DNA of 18,242 bases from Planctomycetota bacterium (GTDB taxonomy: Bacteria > Planctomycetota > GCA-002687715 > DRQF01), in contig JALTLO010000049.1 of NCBI GenBank assembly GCA_027001995.1, positions 1 to 18,242 on the forward strand, given 5' to 3'. Shown here piece by piece: positions 8,362 through 15,493 of this stretch. Numbering within the stretch: the first letter of the stretch is position 1; every line of letters starts with the position of its first letter. Made by a program: the position numbers and the translations under genes. The notes below the pieces were generated by a model, which saw nothing but the letters and a program-made list of their open reading frames with translations, made no database searches and had not been told where the DNA came from.

Positions 8362-10245
8362 TCATTTCGCGTGGAGAATATTCTTCTTCTCTAAGTGATC
8401 AAGGATTTGTTCGACGCACTCTTGGACGTTGAATTCTGCACTGTTGATGACCAAGTCCGGGTTCTCTGGATGCTCATAGGGTGCAGAGATTCCGGTGAAG
8501 TCCTTGATGATTCCATCCCGGGCTTTCTGATACAGGCCTTTCGGATCTCTTTGCTCACAAACATCCAATGGACAATTCACATAGACTTCAAAGAACTCGC
8601 CAGCAGCACACAAAGATCGAGCCATTTCTCTTTCTGTCCGATAGGGAGAGATAAAAGCGGTCACAGTAATGGTGCCAGCATCGGCAAAGAGTCTGCCGAC
8701 TTCACCAACACGACGAACATTCTCTGCTCGATCTTCAGGAGAGAAACCCAAGTCGCGATTGAGACCGTGACGTACGTTGTCACCATCAAGAATATAAGAG
8801 CGATGACCACGAGCAAAAAGCTCGCTGTCTAAGCCTTGAGCAATGGTGGACTTCCCTGAGCCAGACAAACCCGTGAGCCAAACGACGGCACCACGATGGC
8901 CATTCAGTTTTTCTCTTTGACCCCGAGAAATCTGTGATTCCGACCAATAGATTTCGTCGCTCTTGATCTTGGATTCATCACCACGTTCGGCAATCTGGCG
9001 GTCGACATCGGCCAAACCACCCCCAGCCACGTGATAACCGTCGACCACAACAAATCGGCCACAAGGCGCGATCTTCGAATGAGTATCGATGGCCACGGGT
9101 ACTTGGGTTCGTACCGTGACTTCCGCCACTTCGTTGCGCTTGATGACACTGGCCCCACCGGGCAGTTTTTCGAGAGTCTCCGCATCGATCAAGCCATGAA
9201 TTTTTTCGACCCGCGCCTTGACCTCTTGGCTCATGATCTTGAAGCTATAGAGTTTTCCGACCTCCAGAGCATTCTTGCCCAACCAGAAAATCCTTGCGTC
9301 AAAAACGTTCGTGTCAAAGGGTGTGTCCCTCACGTGGGACATGACATCCCCCCGTTTCACGAAAACTTGTTCGCTCAAAGTCACACACACAGACTCTCCG
9401 GCTTGTGCTGATTGGGCATCATTGGTCGGGAAATTCTCGATCGACTTAACTGTGCTGATCTTGTTGCAGGGAGAGAACAAGACCTGATCACCCACCTTCA
9501 CATGGCCAGCTTCAATGCGGCCAGCGATGAGGCGTCGTTTGTCGAACTTGTAGACCCCCTGCAAAGGCATGCGCAGCGGTTGGTTTTCTAACGTGGCTTG
9601 AGATTCAAAAGAGTCCAAGACATCAACCACCGTGGGGCCATCATACCAGGACATCTTGTCACTCTTGGTGGCAATACCCTCGCCCTCAATGGCGCAAATA
9701 GGGACGAAAACCTTGGGCTCGATCCCAAGTTTTGCCAAGTATTCGGTATACTCAGTTTGAACTTTGTCAAACGCTCCCTTGTCGTAGTCGACCAAGTCCA
9801 TCTTGTTGACAACAACGGCGACCTGCTTGATTCCCAAGAGGTGCAAGAGGTATCCATGACGACGGCTTTGCTCTTGAACACCTTCTTCTGCATCGATGAG
9901 AAGTAAAGCACCTTCGGCATTTGCCGCGCCAGTCACCATGTTCTTGAGGAACTCACGGTGACCTGGGGCATCAATGATGCAGTAGGGTCGTTTGGAGGTA
10001 TTAAACCAAACTTGTGCCGTATCGATGGTGATTGCTTGATCGCGCTCGGCCTGCAAAGCATCGAGAGCGAATGCCCATTCCGTTCTCATGCCTCTTTTCT
10101 TCGAAGATGCGACCACGTGGTCGACCTTCGCTTGAGACAAGTTGCCGGTGTCATAAAGCATGCGGCCGATCAACGTCGACTTGCCATGGTCGACATGGCC
10201 GACAATAACGATTTTTACCAGTTGTGCTGTTTGTGTGTTGGTCAC
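8362..10245 (-). CDS. cysNC: Bifunctional sulfate adenylyltransferase large subunit / adenylyl-sulfate (APS) kinase, NodQ-like
   Basis: EF-Tu-like G domain ([33 protein letters not shown]) fused to an APS kinase domain ([47 protein letters not shown]). GTG 10245 is preferred to the ORF-track start 10341, which overlaps cysD by 68 nt. Confidence 0.95.
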   Translation of the reverse strand: MTNTQTAQLVKIVIVGHVDHGKSTLIGRMLYDTGNLSQAKVDHVVASSKKRGMRTEWAFALDALQAERDQAITIDTAQVWFNTSKRPYCIIDAPGHREFLKNMVTGAANAEGALLLIDAEEGVQEQSRRHGYLLHLLGIKQVAVVVNKMDLVDYDKGAFDKVQTEYTEYLAKLGIEPKVFVPICAIEGEGIATKSDKMSWYDGPTVVDVLDSFESQATLENQPLRMPLQGVYKFDKRRLIAGRIEAGHVKVGDQVLFSPCNKISTVKSIENFPTNDAQSAQAGESVCVTLSEQVFVKRGDVMSHVRDTPFDTNVFDARIFWLGKNALEVGKLYSFKIMSQEVKARVEKIHGLIDAETLEKLPGGASVIKRNEVAEVTVRTQVPVAIDTHSKIAPCGRFVVVDGYHVAGGGLADVDRQIAERGDESKIKSDEIYWSESQISRGQREKLNGHRGAVVWLTGLSGSGKSTIAQGLDSELFARGHRSYILDGDNVRHGLNRDLGFSPEDRAENVRRVGEVGRLFADAGTITVTAFISPYRTEREMARSLCAAGEFFEVYVNCPLDVCEQRDPKGLYQKARDGIIKDFTGISAPYEHPENPDLVINSAEFNVQECVEQILDHLEKKNILHAK

Positions 10246-10273
10246 GATTAGATCCGTAGAACTCGGTATTGTC

Positions 10274-11083
10274 TTACATGTATCCGTCTTTGCGGAGCTG
10301 TTCGAAGGCGTCTTCAGACTCCTGGTCCTGAGCACGACCATCGCGCTCGGACAATTTCGTTTCTCTCAGCTCTTGAATGACTTCATCAATCGTCGTGGCT
10401 GTAGAGTCGATGGGCATGGTGCAGGGAGCACAACCCAAACTACGATAACGTTTGCCGTCTCTTGCGAAGTAGAGGGGAACAACCGGAATCTCCTCCCGTT
10501 TGATGTACTCCCAAACGTCAAGTTCTGTCCAATCCAAGAGAGGATGAACCCGGACATGGTCACCAGGAGCAAAGTCTGTGTTGAACTGCCCCCAGAATTC
10601 TGGGGGCTGATCGTGGGCATCCCAAGCATTTTGGTTGTTGCGAGGAGAAAAATAGCGCTCTTTGGCTCGGGTAGCTTGCTCGTCTCGACGCACCCCCACA
10701 ATAAGTCCGCCGAATTCCGATGCTTCGACTAATTCGCTCAGAGGTTTGGTCTTAAGAGCTTGACAGCAAACAACACGGCCTTGCTCGTGGTTCATTCCTT
10801 CCTTCAACGCAGTGACGTTTTGGGAGACACGAAGATCCAAACCCCATTCGACGCAAACACGATCGCGGAATTCGATCATCTCAGGCATCTTGTAGGATGT
10901 GTCAATGTGAATAAGTGGAAATGGCACATTGCCGCCAAAGGCCTTTCTGGCCAACCAAAGGAGAACCCCCGAGTCTTTACCGATTGACCAGAGCATGCCC
11001 AGATTCTCGATCTTCGCGAATGCTTCGCGAATGATGTAGACACCCTGAGCTTCCAATTTGGATAAGTGATCCAGTTTCTGCAT
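10274..11083 (-). CDS. cysD: Sulfate adenylyltransferase small subunit (NodP-like)
   Basis: [10 protein letters not shown]-loop, [51 protein letters not shown] and C-terminal LRKDGYM. Lies directly upstream of cysNC. Confidence 0.95.
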   Translation of the reverse strand: MQKLDHLSKLEAQGVYIIREAFAKIENLGMLWSIGKDSGVLLWLARKAFGGNVPFPLIHIDTSYKMPEMIEFRDRVCVEWGLDLRVSQNVTALKEGMNHEQGRVVCCQALKTKPLSELVEASEFGGLIVGVRRDEQATRAKERYFSPRNNQNAWDAHDQPPEFWGQFNTDFAPGDHVRVHPLLDWTELDVWEYIKREEIPVVPLYFARDGKRYRSLGCAPCTMPIDSTATTIDEVIQELRETKLSERDGRAQDQESEDAFEQLRKDGYM

Positions 11084-11294
11084 GTGTTAAGTCCGGCTTT
11101 GATTTGCCGCCGACCCATCATCATGGTCGACGTTCTGACCTTTGTGTTTAGCGACCTCAGCTCAAAACACCGCGCACTTTCAAGAAAAGTGGGCAACCTT
11201 TTATGCTTCAACCACTTGCATAAAAATGCGGCGGTTTGGGCGCCGTTTCAACTCGTGTTCCAAGTGGTGAATTCCACTGGACTTAGGACAAGGA

Positions 11295-12239
11295 CTATTG
11301 ACCATGAATGGTCCGGTACTCTTTATAACGAAACCCGAGCCAGCCGGAAATCATACCGGCCCCGTAATAGATTTGCCGCAAAGCATGAACCCTTGCCTCG
11401 CGCCCGGAAAACCAGCCTAAAGGCCAAGTCAAAAATCCCTTGGCAATGCGATAGCCACCCCCCAGGACCATAGAGAAAAAGCTCTTAGACCATGAGAACA
11501 GATCACGCTCGATATAAGCGGAACTGTTGCCAATGCGAAATGCTCGCTGCAGGATCCATCCCGCGTCACTCCTCGTCTTTGGAATCAGCTCTGAAACGAC
11601 AGCCTCATTGGCCCAGACGATCTTGGCTCCCTCAAGATGGAGGCGACGAAAGAAATGTGTGTCACTGCCACCGGTCTTGGCCATTTTCTCGTCAAAACGA
11701 ATCCGAGAGTCTTCAATCAATTTCCAGGGCACTAAGGTGTTATTGGTATAGGCCCGGTCCAGCGTTGTACCAGTTTCGTGGCGAGTATATTGCAAGAACC
11801 CTCCTGCCATCATCCATTCTGGAGGCGGTTCAGCAAAGACGGGATTGACAGCCCCAGTCACGATGTCCGCCCCGTAAGCCATCCGAACCCGGAGGATTTC
11901 TTCGAGCCACCCAGCCTCTGGCACCTCATCGTCATCCAAGAAAACGACATCGTCGGCTATTCCCCGGGCCATATCTAAAGTTTTGTTGCGGGCGAAAGGG
12001 ATTCCCTGAGTCTTCTCGATGCCATAGTACAAAGGAAGTGACAAACTTTTAGACAATCTTTCGACCGTACTCTTCGCCGAACCAGCAGGATCGTTGTCCA
12101 CAATGACCATAGCAAGGGCAACAGGAGGATCGTTGCGATAGATCAGATCCAGACCTTCGGCCAAATGAGTCAAACCTTCTGGGCGTTTGCATGTCGCCAC
12201 CAAAATAACGACCCGTCTTTTGTCACATGTATCAGTCAT
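11295..12239 (-). CDS. Glycosyltransferase family 2, ExoM-like
   Basis: ATCKRPEGL, IVDNDPAGSA, GIPFARN, FLDDDEVPEAGWL, TNNTL, FDEKMAKTGGSDTHFFRRL and WILQRAFRIGNS follow the pattern of succinoglycan ExoM-type GT2 enzymes. Confidence 0.85.
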   Translation of the reverse strand: MTDTCDKRRVVILVATCKRPEGLTHLAEGLDLIYRNDPPVALAMVIVDNDPAGSAKSTVERLSKSLSLPLYYGIEKTQGIPFARNKTLDMARGIADDVVFLDDDEVPEAGWLEEILRVRMAYGADIVTGAVNPVFAEPPPEWMMAGGFLQYTRHETGTTLDRAYTNNTLVPWKLIEDSRIRFDEKMAKTGGSDTHFFRRLHLEGAKIVWANEAVVSELIPKTRSDAGWILQRAFRIGNSSAYIERDLFSWSKSFFSMVLGGGYRIAKGFLTWPLGWFSGREARVHALRQIYYGAGMISGWLGFRYKEYRTIHGQ

Positions 12240-12315
12240 CTGACAGAAGTATAAGCGAGACAGCCATTTGCCAATAGCTTGAGCCTGACATTCTTTTGTC
12301 CACTTTGATGGTGAC

Positions 12316-12912
12316 TCATAATCCTAGACGATTTCGCAAGCGTCCGAGAAGTCCGACCCGTTTCTCTCGATCCTCAGCCTTGTTGGCAGAAGGAAAAGCC
12401 CTATCAGGCAGTTCAGCTCCCAAATAAGGACACAAAAGCGACCACCCATCGCCCTGAGTGATATCCATAACCAAGAGATCATCGGGACGGTTCGCAAAGT
12501 ACTCCAGAACCTCATCATTGTGCTTGCGGTAGCGATCCAAATAGACGGTTTCACTGCCTAAAGGGTCTCCCACGCCATAGATGAATGTCCGCATATGAGT
12601 CGTCTTGCCACCGAAATGGCGGGTCACGCTCTTGAGCCAAGCGTCATCCTCTCGACGTGTCAGGATAAATTTGCTCCCGGGGTAAGCCGAATCGAGTTCG
12701 CGAAACAACAGCGGCCAGGGGTTATCCTCAAATGCATCAAATGAGTCGACTAAGGCGAATGCTTTGGCCTGATAAGTGGTGGCAATGTCCTCATCTTGCA
12801 GACCAACGACGCTGGCCACCCTGTATCCCAGGATTTCCAGGGCCTCACCAAGTGAAGACGTGGCTGTCTTGTGAAAACCAATGCCGAATACTTTTGTTGG
12901 TCGTCGCTGCAC
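12316..12912 (-). CDS. PAPS-dependent sulfotransferase (Sulfotransfer_4-like P-loop family)
   Basis: KVFGIGFHKTATSSLGEALEILGY (5'-PSB loop), DNPWPLLFRELDSAYPGSKFILTRR (3'-PB region), WLKSV, HNDEVLEYF and GDGWSLLCPYLG...FPSAN. GTG 12912 has AGAGGA 6 nt upstream; 198 aa. Confidence 0.85.
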   Translation of the reverse strand: MQRRPTKVFGIGFHKTATSSLGEALEILGYRVASVVGLQDEDIATTYQAKAFALVDSFDAFEDNPWPLLFRELDSAYPGSKFILTRREDDAWLKSVTRHFGGKTTHMRTFIYGVGDPLGSETVYLDRYRKHNDEVLEYFANRPDDLLVMDITQGDGWSLLCPYLGAELPDRAFPSANKAEDREKRVGLLGRLRNRLGL

Positions 12913-13182
12913 GGGGCATCCTCTGGTGAAAATCATCATCCAGGACCGGCCAAGAACGTGAGACGCTCTTGCCCGAACCAACAGGATCATAACCTCTAAC
13001 CCGCATTATTCACGACTTTGAGACCGCCAGGTTCGACAGAGGGTCCGAACTCTGCGAGCTCCGGGCATTTGCTGAGCGCAAGAAAGCCAACACGAGAACT
13101 GGTATGAAGACCGCTGAGCCGAGCTCCAGCAAAAGCCCTCAATCTCATGAATAAACCGGGCTCAGGACAGCTCTGCCCCCAA

Positions 13183-13509
13183 TCACTTAGCTTTGCCATC
13201 CAAAATATCATTGGCCCAACAGAAGGCAGCCACCGTTGCTGGCATTCCGGAGGTCGCTGCGACCATGGCAACAACTTGCTCAATCTCTTCAGGGGTAATG
13301 CCAATCCTCAGGGCTTTTCGCACACTCGCATGAACCTGCCCTTCTCTCATGGCTCCCATGGCGATTCCCAGTTTGACCAATCTTGTGGTCTTGGCATCCA
13401 AAGGCCCCGTCTCTCCCTGTTTGTGAATGAGATCCCAGGCTGATCCCAGATCAGGATATCGTTCGACGAAACGGGTGTAGGCTTTTGGTGGTCCGGATTC
13501 CTCGGTCAT
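13183..13509 (-). CDS. Carboxymuconolactone decarboxylase (CMD/AhpD-like) family protein without CxxC
   Basis: GPLDAKTTRLVKLGIAMGA...VHASVRKALRIGITPEEIEQVV...GMPA pattern, with a GGGAGA SD-like site upstream of the ATG. Confidence 0.85.
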   Translation of the reverse strand: MTEESGPPKAYTRFVERYPDLGSAWDLIHKQGETGPLDAKTTRLVKLGIAMGAMREGQVHASVRKALRIGITPEEIEQVVAMVAATSGMPATVAAFCWANDILDGKAK

Positions 13510-13847
13510 TGAATTCTCCCTTTGTGTGATTCAAGAAAACCGGAAAGCAAAACTTGGACCGAAAAAGGGAGAAGAGGCCCCTTGAGGTTTCCTATGCCCA
13601 ATTCACTAGGCCTTTCGCTTTCACCGAAGAAGACCACGGGGACAATTCCCCATCCCACAAGTCAATGGGGGCATTTCACCACTATCTCAACCAGAATTCA
13701 TTGGACTTCGGGCCAGAAATCGACTGTCTCTTGGCAATAATCGCCGACTAACCCGACTCATTCGTGAGATCGAAGTCCTTGTGTGAGGAAATGCCTGACA
13801 AAGAAAGCTGAGACGGCATTCGGGCCCGAGACCTTCCATAGTCTCAT

Positions 13848-13863
13848 TGGCACGATCCTTGCA
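13848..13863 (+). promoter_or_regulatory. Sigma54 (RpoN) -24/-12 promoter for the hemerythrin-like gene
   Basis: TGGCAC-GATCC-TTGCA matches TGGCAC-N5-TTGCW. It ends 35 nt upstream of ATG 13899, with AAGGAG (13885-13890) in between. Confidence 0.85.
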
Positions 13864-13898
13864 ATTGTCCATTGAACGAAAACAAAGGAGTCCGGTCC

Positions 13899-14543
13899 AT
13901 GTCGACAGCAAACGGCGATTTCGAGATTCAACCTCACCAAGCGTGCGAACAAGATGAATGCCACGAGCATGAATGTGAAGGTCATGAAACTGCAGCCATT
14001 GGATGTGGTGGAGCAGCCACCATGGAATCAGAGCAAGAATTCTACGATTCCCTCCCTGATGGTCACATGATCAGGACGTTCATGGATGAGCACGCCACAA
14101 TTCGGAAAAGTCTGGACGCCTTAGAAGCAATTGCCAACAAGCTGAAGAAAAACCCTGAGGACCGGGATGCCTTGTTACTTGAAATGAGTCAATTGGGTGG
14201 CCAATTGGTCAAAGCCGAACCGCATCATCAGCGGGAAGAAGAAGTGCTTTTTCCAGTCCTGAGCCAACGTGGACTTGCTGGTCCGCCATCAGTCATGGCC
14301 CACGAGCACATCGAGATTCGCCGACTGAAGCATATCTTGGCAGACAAACCTTCCCTGCATATGGGGGATGACGGCCTGCCCGTCAAGCCCATCGTGGACG
14401 CCGCCTTAGTTTTGGTTTCAACCTTGCGTCAGCATATCGACAAGGAAAACAGAATCCTCTACCCCATGTCCATGCAAGTTATCCGGGAAGAGCGTGACTG
14501 GAGCCAACTCAAAGAGCGGGCTGACGAGATTGGTTACATGTAG
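13899..14543 (+). CDS. Hemerythrin-like (HHE cation-binding, DUF438-associated type) protein with a His/Cys/Glu-rich N-terminus
   Basis: LPDGHMIRTFMDEH, HHQREEEVLFP, GPPSVMAHEHIEIR and HIDKENRILYP give the H..HxxxE..H..HxxxE ligand set. AAGGAG lies 8 nt before ATG 13899; 214 aa. Confidence 0.85.
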   Translation: MSTANGDFEIQPHQACEQDECHEHECEGHETAAIGCGGAATMESEQEFYDSLPDGHMIRTFMDEHATIRKSLDALEAIANKLKKNPEDRDALLLEMSQLGGQLVKAEPHHQREEEVLFPVLSQRGLAGPPSVMAHEHIEIRRLKHILADKPSLHMGDDGLPVKPIVDAALVLVSTLRQHIDKENRILYPMSMQVIREERDWSQLKERADEIGYM

Positions 14544-14572
14544 AACTCAAGCGACACTCAAAAATGCCTGGT

Positions 14573-15133
14573 TTATGTTGGCTCTGATCCTGGGCGCATA
14601 AGACCGTAGCGTTCAATTTTTCTGTAGATCGTGGCCCGACCAATCTTGAGTTGAGTAGCAGCCTCATTGACTCGCCACCGAGTGAGCTCTAAGGCCCGCT
14701 TGATAATCTGCTTTTCTTCTTCTTCGAAGGATTTGATTCCCCCTGCAGCTTCCACTTCAGACGCCCGGGAAATCTCGTATCCAACGGCATCCAGAAGATC
14801 ACGTCTGGCGAATGGTTTGCGCAGATAATCTTGAGCCCCCGCTTTCATACATTCCACCGCCCGTTTCACATCGTTAACTCCTGTCATCATGATGACTGGG
14901 AGATTCGATTCTTGCTGGCGAATATGATGAAGAACGTCGAGCCCATCACCGTCTGGCATTTTCAAATCTAAGAGCACAAGAGATAGCTCGTCGGATTCCA
15001 ATAACTGCATCGCTTGTGCCACGGTCGTTGCGCTGATGGCTTGGTAATTCTCAGAATTGAGTACGGACTCCACCGCCTCTGCAATTGCCGAGTCATCTTC
15101 TACGACAAGGATTTTCTTGGTCAAAATACTCAT
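14573..15133 (-). CDS. Response regulator: receiver domain plus Fis-type HTH_8, with no AAA+ domain
   Basis: KILVVEDD, LVLLDLKMPDGDG (phospho-Asp), VIMMTG and AVECMKAGAQDYLRKPF, then a short linker and SFEEEEKQIIKRALELTRWRVNEAATQLKIGRATIYRKIERYGL. Start ATG 15133; 186 aa. Confidence 0.9.
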   Translation of the reverse strand: MSILTKKILVVEDDSAIAEAVESVLNSENYQAISATTVAQAMQLLESDELSLVLLDLKMPDGDGLDVLHHIRQQESNLPVIMMTGVNDVKRAVECMKAGAQDYLRKPFARRDLLDAVGYEISRASEVEAAGGIKSFEEEEKQIIKRALELTRWRVNEAATQLKIGRATIYRKIERYGLMRPGSEPT

Positions 15134-15160
15134 CCGCGCACAAAAAATGCGCGACCCCAA

Positions 15161-15188
15161 AAAGTAAATATCCAGTACGAAGAGTCAA
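15161..15188 (-). promoter_or_regulatory. Candidate sigma70-type promoter for the response regulator
   Basis: Minus strand TTGACT (15188-15183), 16-nt spacer, TACTTT (15166-15161), 27 nt upstream of ATG 15133. Confidence 0.35.
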
Positions 15189-15493
15189 CCTCCGACATTC
15201 ACCATTCGCGGATCTCCCACGGCTCTGTGGATCAAAGGGTAGGAGGCTGGCACGTCACTCCTATGACTACAACGATTCTTTGATTATGCTTGAGGGATGG
15301 GATTTGGCAACAAGTGATTCTGATATGAACGGCGAATTTTTGACGTTTTATAGGGGAAGCGGACGAACCATCGTGCCCCCATCCAAGAAGCGAGGGGAAT
15401 CAATCCCAATGATAAGCCGTTGCTATCCTAACGTGGTATTAGTTATCCAAACTGATTCCCTGCATGTCTGAATCAAAATGAGAATGATCGTCT

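Noticed and set aside
10246..10341. Apparent cysD/cysNC overlap suggesting a frameshift fusion
   Set aside because: cysD ends normally (DGYM-stop), and an in-frame GTG at 10245 just before the G1 motif explains cysNC without recoding.
7660..10732. Antisense ORFs 7660..8394, 8395..8832, 9031..9411 and 10160..10732 (+)
   Set aside because: Antisense shadows of the conserved GT2, cysNC and cysD genes.
12913..13182. Possible small gene or RNA in the gap between the sulfotransferase and CMD genes (ORF 12996..13304)
   Set aside because: The ORF overlaps the CMD gene and has no motif. No convincing RNA structure was seen.
13183..13509. Calling the CMD protein an AhpD alkylhydroperoxidase
   Set aside because: The catalytic CxxC motif is absent.
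13510..13847. NorR (GT-N7-AC) enhancer array upstream of the sigma54 promoter
   Set aside because: No convincing repeated NorR boxes were found by eye, so NO-specific regulation is not claimed.
15189..15493. ORFs 15014..15283 and 15085..15471, and a small CCAC-N6-GTGG hairpin as an ncRNA
   Set aside because: The ORFs overlap the regulator antisense and lack motifs. The hairpin is too short to support an RNA call.
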